Below, piece after piece: positions 27,011 to 40,508 of a stretch of DNA of 64,000 nucleotides; positions within the stretch are counted from its first letter, which is position 1; every line of letters starts with the position of its first letter. Under the pieces are notes generated by a model that saw only the letters and a list, made by a program, of their open reading frames with translations, had not been told where the DNA came from and searched no databases. A program made the translations under genes and the position numbers. The stretch comes from Batkoa obscura (Eukaryota), in contig JASVEC010000028.1 in assembly GCA_030770535.1 (NCBI GenBank), forward strand, positions 620,001 to 684,000, read 5' to 3'.

Positions 27011-30000
27011 AGGATTACTATTAGTTAATTGAGTATGGCTACTATTTAAACTAAGATCATCCATTGCTTTTAAATAACTTGCATTATTATGTTGACGATT
27101 AATAGTATCACTTGATGATTGAGATGAACCAAAAGAAGCAGTACGATGTTCTAACGGGGATGGTAAATTTTTAGGTAAAGTATGAGAATTAGAGGGTGCT
27201 GATGAAGCTAAGTAATTCAAATCTTGAGATAAAAATGGATTTCCACTTCTACGAAACATATTCTTTTTGGAATTAGAAAATGGAATAACAGGTGAAGAAG
27301 AAGTAATTGTCATACTATGAGAATGACCATGAGTTGGCATAAATACTTCTCTTTCTTTATTTGAACTTTTGAAACTTTGTAATTGTTGTTTCCAACCACC
27401 TGATAATCTTTTAATAGGTCCAGATGGACTACGATTATCTGAAGATATAGAACGTATCATTTCCGATGGGTTATCTTCAGTTATTGTATTAACTACTGTT
27501 GTTGTTGAATTAGATAATTTACCAATTTCTGGTAATTTAGTAGTATTATATTCTTGTGGATGAAGAGAAGGTGGAGATAATGAAGGTTCTAAATCCATAT
27601 CTTCATCATCTGATTTAACTCTTGGTGGTAATATTGGTGCCAATTTAATTAATATTTTTTCATCAAAATTCATTTTAACTGCTTCATTATAAGTGACATC
27701 AAATAAAATTTGTTGACAAGCAAAATCAGATGATAAAAAACAAGGCCATAATTCAGAATTATCTAAAGGATAAATAGGATTAGCACCTTTTAATAATAAA
27801 TATTGAATAACTGATAAATTATTATGAATTGATGCAAAATGTAATAAAGAATATTGAGTATTTGGTAATTTTATATTAACATTAGCTCCATTTTGAATTA
27901 ACAATTCTGCTATATAATATAAGGGATATTTACTATCATTTTCATTTTCATCTTCAGTATGCAAAAACAATGCTAAATGTAATGGTGTTATATAATTATT
28001 TACTCCAAATAGCTTAACTAATGAAGAATTGGTATTAATATAAAATAAAGCATCAATTATACCACCTAATATAATAGATTGTAATATTGGCATTGGTAAT
28101 TCTAGATAAACTGCAGTGAATATAGAAGCAGTAATTAATTTCTTATATTCTGGTATATCAATTAATTCCATTGAAAATTCATTTACCATATCTAATTTTA
28201 AAGAATTACATGGAATATCTGGCTTTAAAAACATATGATCTACATATTTAGCAGTAATATAACGTAATTTAAATGTACGTTCATCACTTGAAGTTGGTTT
28301 AACCCATTTAGTTCCTGTCATTTCATCTACAAACAATTTATTTTCATCTAATAAATATTCCCAATATTCATTAGATAATCCATTACCAATTTTTTCTAAT
28401 AATGTAATTAAATCTGGTGTAAATGTAACTACATCTAATGTCAATGAACGTATTTTAGTTATATGAGTGCCCAAACTACGATGAATTCCAGAACATTCAA
28501 TACATAATAATATACCAAAATTAATTGAACACCATTCTGGATTATTAGAATCACAATCTGCACAAATCAAATTACTTTGATCTTTTTTTAAAACTTCAAT
28601 TAAATATTGTTGATCTAAAAAATTATTAGGACTTAATATTTCCATAGATAAAGGTGAGTGAAATTTCTCTCCTTTATTAAATTTCATTGAATCTAAATTG
28701 GAATTGAATTTAGAATTGAATTTCATATTTTGATTTCCTTTTAAATCATCACAAGAAGAAGTACCATTCCAAATAGATTCAATTGAGTTTGTAATAACAG
28801 CAATCCATGATGCCATATCATCTTCTGAAGTAGCTTGATATTGACGACGAAATTTAGGTGTTACAATTTCAAAGCAAAATTTTCTTGAAGCTTGATTAGC
28901 TACTCTAACTGTAGCAAATTGTAAAGGTACAGGTTCAAAATTTACTTCTAACTGTTTTTTCCAATTATTATATTCATGTAAATAACCGCCAGATAGCACA
29001 CACCATTTTTTATGCCATGAATTTTGACCTGGTAAATTTTTATCAAATTTACTTCCACCTGTTGATTTTAATGGCTTTGTTTGAGTAAATAAAAAACCTT
29101 CTCTTTTTCTTCCAATGGCCACTGTAGCTTCTCGATTACTTGATTGTAAATCCCGAATTCCATGAAATTTATTATTTTTAAGATCAATCGAAGTTTTTAT
29201 AACTTTAGATGGATTATAACCATTTTTAGCTGTAGTTGCTTCATTAATTGAATTAACAAACATCATTTCCGATAAATTTGAATCTGATTTAATAATTAAT
29301 CTTCTCTTTTCATCTTTATCTTTTCTTTTTAATAATATTTCTTTATTAACTTCTTCAATTTGAGTTAATAATTGATTTAATTTTGGTTTTAATAAATCTA
29401 ATCCCTCAATTAAAATTGAATAATTATTAGATACTTTATCTGCAAATGAAGTAAAATAATGTAATATTTCTTGATCTTTACATCCTCCTCTTAATTCATG
29501 AATATAAGTATAATAATTAAATCTAGCTAATTCAAATTGTTTTTGTCTTTGTTGATATTTAGCATCTGAAAAATTACTTTTTCTACTTTTATCTTTTGTT
29601 GCTGATAAATATTTAGATAAGTAAGAATAAAATTCATCCGATTCTTGATCAAATGTTTTCTTTTTTGATTCTGCTAATTTAATTTCATTATCATATATTC
29701 TTTTTAATGGATCAGTAATATAAGTAGTTAAATTGTATAAATAACTTTCTTCATTTGATTTAATTAATAAAGCTGCTTCATAAAGATAACTTCTAGATAA
29801 AGGTGTTATAGATGGTAAATTTAATATTACATCATAAAATTCTTGTTCAACTTCATATGTTTCTTTTTTACTTTCGATTAATTCTTGTCCTAATTTAATA
29901 ATCTTTTTAATATCATGTTTAAAAGAAGTAACTCTTTTTTCTAATTGTTGAAGTGTTGCTCTAAATACTGGTCCATCATCATCTGTATAAACTAATCGAT

Positions 30001-31161
30001 CACTTAAATTAATGTCCATTAATGGATTTATTATTTCATTTTCATTAATTTCTTTATTCTCTTCTATTTCATTATTATTATTATTATTATTATTATCAAA
30101 TTTATCTTCAATTTCTTGTGATATTTTACTTATCTTTGATTCATTACTAAATCTTTTTTCATCAGATATTAAAGTGGATGGTAGAATATCTTCTAGATTT
30201 TGTTTAGATGGGGCTCTTGATAAATTCGGTATTGAAGCTAAGGAGCCCTTTCTAAGATGTAAATTATTGGAACTAATACTTGATTTTCTAGCTCTAAAAG
30301 TATGTACTAATAAAAAATAATTAAAAACAATTCATAGAATTTAAATATTATTAGTTACCATTTAACCAAAAATTAAATTCAGCAATTAAATGAAAGCTTT
30401 CTGAACTTCGTTTAACAAACTTTGAAAATTATAATGAATTTTTTAGTTTATCTTATTTAGTAAATTACTTACTGCACATATATTTTTATACCCTCCATTA
30501 CAACTTTCCACATTGCTTAAATTTTCCCAACGCCAAGACCATTGAATAGCTTCACTTAAAGAAGAATGACTACTTTGAGAAGCTCTTTTAAAATCCAATT
30601 CAATAGGATAAATATTTTTATTCTAAAAAAAAAATTAATTTTAATTTTAATTTTAATTATCTTCTCCATTAATAATATCTTTACCTTAATAATAAAATTA
30701 GTATCATTATTAATCTTTTGTAAAATACTACTTAATTCTATCGAATTATTACAATGAATTAAATACCAATCTTCATCTTCTTGTCCACTAACTCCAATCG
30801 TGTCTTTATCAAAATAAAACCGAAACTGTAAATCTAAATCCGAATTAAGTTTCAATATCAACGCATCTGTATTTGGTAAATTCGATTCTGGATCCACAGT
30901 AAATTCTAATAACTCATCCGAATAAGGTGTAATAATTGGCACTGCCCCTGAATTGCATCGGAAATTGATTAATGGAGAATGAAAGGAATTACTTATAGTT
31001 ATCTCTTTGATTAAAATCTGATGATTGAAACTAAAATAATTGATATGTTCTAAGGCACAATTACTATAAATACTTGTACTCGGACTACTCTTATGTTGTT
31101 TGTAGGAGCGATCAGGTAGTATCTCAAGTTTCACTTCTTTTGGTTTTAAATTGGAGGTCAT
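26798..31161 (-). CDS. BAR-PH-ArfGAP-ankyrin protein (ACAP/Age1/Csx2-like)
   Basis: DDGPVFRA (BAR), PH domain (REGFLF...WHKKWCVL...RKFCFEIVTP), ArfGAP CADC...WCSINFGILLCIECSGIHRSLGTHITKIRSLTLD and ankyrin repeats. ORF 30556-31161 splices in as the N-terminus. Confidence 0.9.
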
Positions 31162-32659
31162 TAATTAATTGTTTTAATGGCTCTTTCGCTTTTTACAATA
31201 AAAAAGAATTAAGAACTGTTTGCTTCTTTTTTTAAAGTGGAAATGGTATTTGATTTTGAATTTAGCAATTTAAGCTTTTTTTGTTCTAAAAATTAACTGT
31301 TTTTTTTAAACTTGTGTAAAAGAGATCAAAGTTGATTTGTTAATTTTACATTCGAAAGTAATTGCTTTAAGATTTCTATGGAGAATTCACTATTTGTCCA
31401 TGAGAATATAGATGATTGGAGATTAATTAAATGAACACCTCAATAAATTTCAATATTGAATTTTTACAACATTTTATGAAATTTTTTATTGTCTTTAATA
31501 TCAGCATTAATAATCAGAAATAGCATGAAATAAAAAAGGTGATTTTTTACTATACTTAAAAGCAATTAAAATATTTTCTATTTTCTAAGGATCAATTTGT
31601 GGCTCTTAATAACTAATAATATGGAAACAATATAGAAACGTTGGTAGGTAAGAATAGTGGCAACTTTTTTAATATAAACAATCAGAACATTTTAATTCTT
31701 AAAGTTAAAATAAGTATAATCAATGGAATAAAAATACTATTAAAAAATAATACCGAAATTGTGGCTTGTTATGATAAAGCTGTATCGATTTTAAGAGTTA
31801 AATTGAAACATCAACTTTTTAGTATATATCATTAGTCAAATAAGTACTAAAATCAAATGTTTATTTTGTATTGATAAGAATTAATTGAATTAAAAAATCT
31901 AGATGTAGATAACCAATAACTATATTTAAGTATCATTTACAAATGATTCTAAAAATCTATATAAAAATTTATTCCCCATTTTATAAGATTGACTTAAAAA
32001 AGCGTCTGTTATACATATACATCTAAACTACCAACCCACTTCTCAACATACCAAAGCTCTTCCCTCAAAAAATAGATATCGAAAATTAAAACCATATCTT
32101 CCAAGTGTATTCTCATGATAGATTTGTAAATGAAAGTCATAAGAGATTTGAAGTCTTTAAGCCCAGTGGCATATCAACTGATGAGTTGACATAAGTTGAA
32201 ACAAGGTAAATCCAATAGTTGACCAACGAAAACGGGAAGTTCTAAAAGTCTTCCTAAATAAATGTAGGGCAAAAGTAATATTTTGGATTAAGTTAACTAA
32301 ATTAATGTAACTAATAAAGTTTAAAAGCATAGTTTATTTCATAAATAATAATAAAATAAATCTCAATGAAGAGAGATCCAGAGGAAGAGATCTAGTCGCT
32401 TATATACTTTTTATGAGTATAAAATGCATTAACTAATTACATTTTATATTGATGTCTAAAAATAGATGTCATCAAAGTTAGTAATAACTTTGATAATAAT
32501 CTTCTTTACATTAATTTCTAAAATGCATTCAACTTCTATTGAATCTTGTTCAACTATAGTATCAGATTTTAGTAAGTAGTTTTATTAGTAGTCCTGATAT
32601 CTCATTTACATGGCTAATGAAAAATTATTAAAGAGATAGAAAGTTATAAAGTTAGTAAA

Positions 32660-33020
32660 GGTTTGATCCATAACACTCTTCACAGTATGGGTAAAAAGAG
32701 ATACATAGAAGTCAATATATATTAACTTCTAGTAATTATTCAAAATTTGAAGAAACTAAAGAAGCAATTGCTTTAGTCAAAAAAGAAATGAAAAAAAGAA
32801 CTCAATAATGTTTGAGAAGGATAAAAGTATTTGGTATAAGTAAAGATATAGTTAAAGATATGGGGATGTTTTTTTTGACTTCATTATTTTTTTCATTTTT
32901 TAAGCGCTATTTGAGCGGAAAGATTGTTAGTAAAATTCTTAAACAAAAAAATGCATCCCCATATATTATTTATGAATTTAAAAACGTGTAAGCTTAATAA
33001 TGAAAATAAGAAAGTGTAAT
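32660..33020 (+). mobile_element. Decayed mariner-like transposase N-terminal (HTH) fragment interrupted by a MITE
   Basis: TVWVKR...EETKEAIALVKKEMKK..*CLRRIKVFGISKDIVKD[MITE]ILFMNLKTCKL resembles the second mariner HTH (LGISK.TV..IL...L...K). Confidence 0.45.
32858..32964 (+). mobile_element. MITE family A, copy 6
   Basis: atatggggatg...aagcgctatttgagcggaaagattgttagtaaaattcttaaac...catccccatat, with perfect terminal repeats. Confidence 0.92.
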
Positions 33021-34105
33021 ATCATTGATTTAGTTATCATTGCTTTGTTTAAGTTAGAGTTTCTAACGTTGTATTGTTTTTTACTACAATTTCGACTATA
33101 TTTAATTTATTAAATTGGATAGCTGTATTCTGAAAAACATCAATAAAGATCTTTGTTATTTAGGTTAATAATGCAATATTATTGAGCCAAAATTTTAAAT
33201 ACTTATGTTTCAGTATAATGATTATACTTTTTTAGATATTGCATTTAAGTTATTTTATAAAATTTGAATTATTTCTATATCTATTTAGTATTAATGTCTT
33301 TATATATTAATTATTCAATTATTGTAAAATACTTTTTTGATCCATTTTTTATAAATAGTAATTAGTATATATATATGATATTAAACTTATTATGAATTAA
33401 AAATTATTATAGGTGTTTTAGTACAAATCTAATTTTTAGAATAAGAATTTATAGAGCAATTTTTTATAATAAACTACATTTATTCATATACGTTAATGTT
33501 ATATTTTAACTATATAGCTCTTCAGGTTAAATTAAAGTCTAATAAATCAATATCAATACGTATGTATATACTTAATATTTAATATTTAATATTTAATATC
33601 TTATAGTATTATATCGCTTATATATTTTTAATTCTATAAACTTTAGTAATTTTTTTCGATCTAAGCTCAAGCTCCTGAGAAGTTAACAAAATGTTGAAAT
33701 GAAGATAAGTATATCCTTGATTGTAATAGTGATGGGCTTAAAAGCTTTATACTCTATCTCATTCTTACTATTAATGAGCTTTTTTTGTTTATATAAACTT
33801 TCAACTTATCTCAAATTTTAAAACAATTTCCCAATTTATTAAAATGATTAAAAGATAGTCTCATCATTACCATTTCTATCCAATCAACTCTTTGCTTCCA
33901 CTCCAGCCACTGGTCCATTGTCTCAACCTTATGGAAAAGAAGCTCAATTTAAGCTTTGAGCCAACTTAATCTAAGCGGAGAATTAATTAGAATTACTAAA
34001 ATTATCCATTAAGGTAAGAATAAAAATGATGGTTGCATGATGTAAAAAAAACAAAAGATTCAAAAAATAAAAAATTAATAAAATTGTTTTATTTTAAATT
34101 AAAAG

Positions 34106-35185
34106 ATGGCTATTATATATTCTTTAGTGGCAAGGGGCGCCATTATCTTGAGTGAATTCGCCAGTAGTACGGGTAATTTTTCAAGTGGTAAGCATATTTT
34201 GAGTTTTGAATAAAAGTCTGTTTTTTTAATATGTTTATTAATGTTTAGTTACTCAAACGATATTGGAAAAGATACCAGAAGGGGATTCAAAGCTAACATA
34301 TGTTTATGATAAGTAAATAAAAAAATAGTAATGAAAAAAGATTGTTTTATTAACAGGTTTTAGATTTTTATTCCATTATATCTCTGAAAAAGGAGTCATC
34401 TTTTTATGTATGGCGGATGAAGAGTTTGGTTAGTTTTAACATGGATTTAAATCAATAAAAGTATTAAATATAAACAATTAGGAAGAAGAATACCATTCGC
34501 ATTTTTAGAAGATATTAAGAACTTATTTTTTAAAAGTTATACTAAAGAGTTTTATGAGTCAGTGCCCATTTATGGTATCAACGAGTTTTCAAAGGTTCTA
34601 AAGTCAAAAATGGTATACTTTTTTTATATTTTTTATTACAATTATTCATTTGGCTTTAGGAATTTTATTCTAATGACCCTTCTGCAGATAAATTTAAACA
34701 AGTTAAAGGGGAAATTGCTGGGGTAAAGGATGTTATGGTACAGAATATAGGTAAAGATGAATAGTTTTTTATATAGGTTTTGTAAGTTTAATTTATATTC
34801 TAGAAAGGGTATTAGAAAGAGGAGAAAGAATTGATATCCTTGTTGATAAAACGGATAATTTAAATCAAACCTCATTTGCATTCCGTAAACGTAGTACAGC
34901 ATTGAGAGTGAGTTTCATTTTCTTTATTTAAGTTTATTTTTAACTTTTAAAATAGCGCTCTTTATGGTGGAAAAATACACGCCTCAAGATTATGTTAGGG
35001 GCTTCTATAATGGTAATTTTATTTTATTTTGTGAATTTTTGGTTAATCTTAAATTAGTTCATTCTGTATATTATTGCCTGCTCGATCTGTGGTTTTCCAA
35101 GTAATTTTATTTTTATTACTGATATTATTAGGTTTTTAAACATTTTATGTTTTTAGTGATTGATCAATGCTTACATCCTCAGTAA
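34106..35185 (+). CDS. VAMP7: Longin R-SNARE
   Basis: [68 protein letters not shown], WWKN and a C-terminal TM segment. Confidence 0.93.
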
Positions 35186-35439
35186 TATAGTATATATCAT
35201 ACTAAATTCTTTATAGCCATAACATTGATATTAAAGCTATTTATTATAAATTAAAAATTCATTTTAGTTTTCATAATTAGAAATATTATAAGTTTTGAAT
35301 AAACTTAAGAATTCTTAAATAAATTACATGGTATAATAAAATTGTTAATAATAAATTGGCTTAAAGTATTAAAAAAAAGAGTTATATAAAAAAATACTAT
35401 AATTATAAATTAACATTGAATTTAATAATCAAGATTAAG

Positions 35440-36481
35440 TTATTTAGCACCACCACGCTTGTTCTTTGCTAGTTCTTTATTCTCTTCTTCAATTTCAGCT
35501 ACTATTTTTTCAATATCTTCGTTACTTACAACCTAAAAACAAGTTAACTTCACTCTAACTAAGAATAAATATTTAATTACATTAAGGGAATAATCTGGGG
35601 ATAATACAGCGATTTCTAAATTATTAGATCCTGCTTGAACAATCTATAAATAAATTAATTCATTCATTCAATTAAAACTTGATGATAGTTACTTCTAATA
35701 AAGATTTAACTGCTAATTTAATAGCAGCATCTTTTTCCAAATTTTCTTCATAATTTTTTTCCAAAAATTCTTTGACTGATTTTGATGAACGTCCGATAGC
35801 ATTAGCCTATATCAATATTTTAGTTCAATTACATTTAAACCTATTTAAGCCTTACCTTCCAAGAGGTATGGATACCAGCAGGGTCAGTTTGGTATAAACG
35901 TGGGGTACCATCAGGATCGAAACCTCCAATTAAGGTAGAGATACCAAATGGTCTTTTACCACCTGAAGAAGTATATTTCTATAAAATTTTTAAAATTTTT
36001 AAACAAAGTATAAAATAAATCTCAATTACCTGTTGAACCCCAGCTAAATAACGAGATATATATTCTACGGTTACTGGATCTTCAACAGTTAATCGATAAC
36101 TTTGACATTCAAGTCTAGCTTTATCTATAAGTACACGTGCATCAGCAGTTAAACCTTAGAAAGAAATTATAATCACTGTCATTTAACATTAAACTAAATC
36201 TTACCAGCAAATACCAAACAGATATGCTCATCAATCTTAGCCAATTTACGTACTGTTCTTGGGTCTTGTAATTTTAAGATAGCTTTTTTTTCAACGCCTA
36301 AAATAATAGCATCTTTACCACGTACACCTACCTATACAAAAATCAATCCATAGCTCATAACCATTAATGTATAACTTACTGCACAAGAACCTTTATTGAC
36401 TGCTTCCAATGCATATTCTACTTGAAATAAATGACCATCTGGTGAAAAGACTGTTAATGCTCGATCATATCCTCCTGACAT
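35440..36481 (-). CDS. PRE6: 20S proteasome alpha-4 subunit (PSMA7)
   Basis: [56 protein letters not shown]. Confidence 0.96.
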
Positions 36482-36829
36482 TCTGGTATATTTTTTTTGA
36501 AATAATATAAAAATAAACAATTAGTTTTTTTTATAACTTTAACACTAAGCTTTTTATTGGCTGCTTACGTCACTTAGATTTGAATATTTGCAATTTTTCT
36601 TGGAAATATTGCTTAAAGTTATATTTTTTCAAAATTAATGATACTGATGGGATTTTTAGACTAAAGATAGACTAGTTGTTTATTATGAGTATTTTAAATA
36701 CAATTGTTAAATAGGTAAATTATTCATTATCTTAATAAATAAATGCTATAGCAACAAAAACACTAATAACTTTCAATTGCTTAATAAATTTTAAACTCAA
36801 TAAAAATTAAATATGAAGTGGAGTCAAAC

Positions 36830-37085
36830 TGGAAACCAATCAAACACTTATAAATTAAAAATTAATCCACTAAAGCTTGATTGCATTTAAACAAAAATTT
36901 AGCTTTGACTGAAATGATAAACCATTAATTTATTAATCACATAAAACCAGGGCCAAATTAGAACCAATGATTTTCGAGGCTTCTCGATTAAATACCAATA
37001 AAATTCACAGTATCTGTCATACCTCCGACAACCAATGAAGCCTAGTTCATTTTCAATTTTAATTGGCTGCCTAAACCAATAAGAA
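36830..37085. promoter_or_regulatory. CCAAT-box cluster in the divergent PRE6/RDI1 intergenic region
   Basis: aaccaatca, aaccaatga (x2), taccaataa, attggctg and aaccaataa within about 250 bp. Confidence 0.45.
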
Positions 37086-37194
37086 CACCTAAGCATAAGT
37101 TACCGTTGAAGTTCCAAGTATAAATAATAGTTGTATGAAATTCCATTTTTTTAGTGCTTGCTAATAACTTTAATAAAGAAACTATATATATAAC

Positions 37195-38208
37195 ATGGCT
37201 GAACGTGATGAATTGATGCCCACTGAAACCGAAGGTTACAAAGTTGGTGAAAAAAAAACAATTGAAGAGTTACAAAACCTTGACGCTGAAGATGAATCTT
37301 TAGCTAAATGGAAAGCTTCTTTAGGTTTAGCTGCAGCTGGTAGTGGTAAGTTTTTGAGGCTCGTTTTTATATAATTGAGTGTTCATTATTTTCTTCTTTA
37401 GCTGCATCACCTGCTGATGATCCTAGAAAGGTAACTTGTTTTTTTATCTGTTTTGATGTAAATTAATGCTTTTTTAGGTTGTTGTTTTACAATTAGCTAT
37501 GGAAGTTGAAGGTCGTCCAGATGTTTTAATGGATCTTTCTTCACCTGGTAAATTTATTTTATTATAAATAGATTCAAATTAATGATAATAAAATATTATT
37601 AGCATCAATCCAAAGAGTTAAAGAGACTCCAATTGCCATAAAGGAAGGTATTGATTATCGTATGAAGATTAAATTTAAGTAAGATTGTTGTTTTAAAATT
37701 TTATTGTTATTTATTCATTGATTTATTTAGAGTTCAACATGAAGTTATTTCTGGATTAAGATATATTCAAGTGGTTAAAAAGCTTGGTATTCCAGGTAGG
37801 ATTATATTTTAGTTTTAGATAAAACTGTTTATACTAAATTACAAATTTAGTTGATAGAATGGAAGAGATGCTTGGAAGTTATGGGCCTAACGCAGAAGCT
37901 TATGAAAAAACAGTAAATTCCAATTTAAACTTTAAAGTGTAAAATTTGTTAATACATTTTCTCAGTTCCCTACTGAACAAGCTCCAAGTGGTTTCCTTTA
38001 TCGCTCTACTTATGCTGTTAAGGTAAGATTTAAGTTTAAAATTACTGTTGTAATATTTTATTAATATTCTAAATTAGAGTCGATTCATTGATGATGATAA
38101 AAACGTTCATTTAGAATGGGAATGGGTAATTTAATTATACAATAATGATAGTAAGTTATTAACATGGTTGTTTTAATATAGCAATTTAAGATTGAAAAAG
38201 ATTGGTAA
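37195..38208 (+). CDS. RDI1: Rho GDP-dissociation inhibitor
   Basis: GYKVGEKKTIEE...DAEDESLAKWKASLGL, IKEG, EEMLGSYGP, EQAPSG, SRFIDDDK and IEKDW*. Confidence 0.96.
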
Positions 38209-38656
38209 ATAGGACACCAAATCATAATAAGAATTAATATTTTTATTTCCACTCTCATCCTCACTTTTTGATTTAAGAATAAACAATTATTAACTAAATT
38301 TTATACTCCGTCTTTTCATTATATATTAAATTTATTGTTATTTATTATTCGAACACCAACTAATATTTTATTTTGACACTTGTATATTAAAATAAAAAAT
38401 GTCAATTGATTTCAATTTGTCAAACTAATTAATTTTAAATTGAAACAAAGGATGTTGATTAAATAATGAGTTTATTCGTTCACAGCAAAATCTGTAATAT
38501 TATTGCACTAAGTTAAATAATAGTAAAATTACCAATAAAAAAAGCAATCAAACTAAACAAAAATAAATAGCAACAGTATTTAATAGAGACATTCTGTATC
38601 AGATCATATAATTATAAACCTATACAACAGTTTGAGTTTTAGAATGAAAATGCTAC

Positions 38657-38810
38657 TTAAATTAAGCAATGTAGATTATAATTTGTGAATAAGTGTGAAG
38701 ATGCGATCCATTTGCCCAATCGTTTACACATTTTTCATAAGTATTATTGGTTGGGCAAATGGCTTGTCCTCACACTGGCTCACAAATTCAAATCTACGTT
38801 ATTTATTTAA
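38657..38810. repeat. Long imperfect inverted repeat (about 60 bp arms), bounded by TTAA
   Basis: gtagattataatttgtgaataagtgtgaagat..ccatttgcccaa pairs with ttgggcaaatgg..tcctcacactggctcacaaattcaaatctac. Confidence 0.75.
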
Positions 38811-38996
38811 ACATACTACTAACGTAATTAAAAAGGAAAGTGAATAGATTATCTTAATTTATTATAAAACACTTAGAGTGCTAGTGTTAATGTTAAAGCT
38901 AAAGTCAACATTAATATTAGTATATATAATAAACTCAGCTTTTTATTGAAATTTTTATTTTAAATTTTATAAATTAATTGTGCTATGATATTAACT

Positions 38997-39105
38997 ATAT
39001 GTGGATGTTTTTTTTTTGGTTTCATCACTTTTTTCATTTTTTAAGTGCTATTTAACCGGAAAGATTGTTAGTAGAATTCTTAAACAAAAAAATATATCCT
39101 CAAAT
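38997..39105 (+). mobile_element. MITE family A, copy 7
   Basis: atatgtggatg...aagtgctatttaaccggaaagattgttagtagaattcttaaac...tatcctcaaat. Confidence 0.82.
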
Positions 39106-40508
39106 CTTATTTATATCAGTACTATTAAAGCTAGAAAGTTGATAATATTAAAAACTAAAAAAATTAATATTTTTTACGATAAAAAGTTTTATTTTTAAAT
39201 AAATATTGGCTTTTTACTGAATTATAGAGATGATAATTATTACTTCCTCATCATTCCATATCTGGATCAACTTATACATAGCTTAATTCAAACCCCTTAA
39301 ATATAATTTGATTAGATCTAAAGCAGATATTCTTAAATTAGAATCCCTCCCATCTATCGGGGAATTCCTTCCCTCACCTCATAATACTCTTACCTCAATC
39401 CTCCAACTCTAACTTACCCATTTTACTATTCTCTCGATTACCACTATAAATAGAACAATTGAGAACACTGTATCTTTTAAGATTTAAAAAAGGATAGAGT
39501 TTAAATTACGATTACTTATTAAATAATAAAGAATACTTTTTATTTAACAATTGATATTTTTGTGTAACCTAACAATAACTAAAGTAGTTCTAGCAATATT
39601 TAAACTAGATAAATTCGCTTTTTAATTCAATTACAAGAATATAATACTTGTATGGAATTTGGGCAACATCAGATAAAACAAAAAAAGTATAATATGTAAT
39701 GATATTGAATCCAGATTGTTTTTATTGCTTATTATAATATAACATTATTGAGTGCAATGAGGTAGAATCATTTTATAATAAATATTATGATAAATGTATT
39801 ATTCGTGCTTATTTATCAAAAAGATAAAAAACTGCAAAACATGAAATACATCATTACATATTATAGAGTCTTGATACAAATAATTTAAATTCCATACTTT
39901 GAAAAATAAACCAAAATAAAGTACTCGTTCTTCTATCCTTGTCGCTTGTTATTTAACACTGATGATACACGTTTCTATTATCTTATGATATTTTCTGATA
40001 ATAATTATCGTAACAATTAATGATAAATTGAAATTCTACAACATCCTTTATTATGATATTATTATGCATATTATAATTTTATTAAAGTTTTAAACGTCAT
40101 CAAAAGAAAATTTAATTACTTATTCAAGCTAGTAATTAACTAGTATGTATAATATACGTATTGTGTTGATTAGTAAGGTTATTTGATATTCAATGTTATT
40201 TTTATCTTTGGTATCACTTTCATTATACAATATATGTTACAGAAGTTGGGTTTATTTTAGATGCTAAATTGATACTTTAATGATATATGAAACAAAAAAA
40301 CTATATATAAAAACTAAGTTTAAATACATAAAAAGCTATAAAATAAAATTTTTGAATTCTCTAAAAAAAACTCTAAAAATAGCCCTAGTTCCTTAAGGTG
40401 ATTTCATCAAAGTTACTAGTTTAAAAATGAACAAAAAAAGGATATTCTATATTTAAGTTTTTTTATTCTTCTAATTATTTAATTTCAATATAAGGATCCT
40501 TGAATTCG

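Noticed and set aside
33843..33960. TATA plus ATG followed by a secreted-protein-like fragment
   Set aside because: The frame stops after four codons and no family is recognisable.
39001..39198. 65-aa ORF
   Set aside because: It begins inside MITE copy 7 and has no coding signature.
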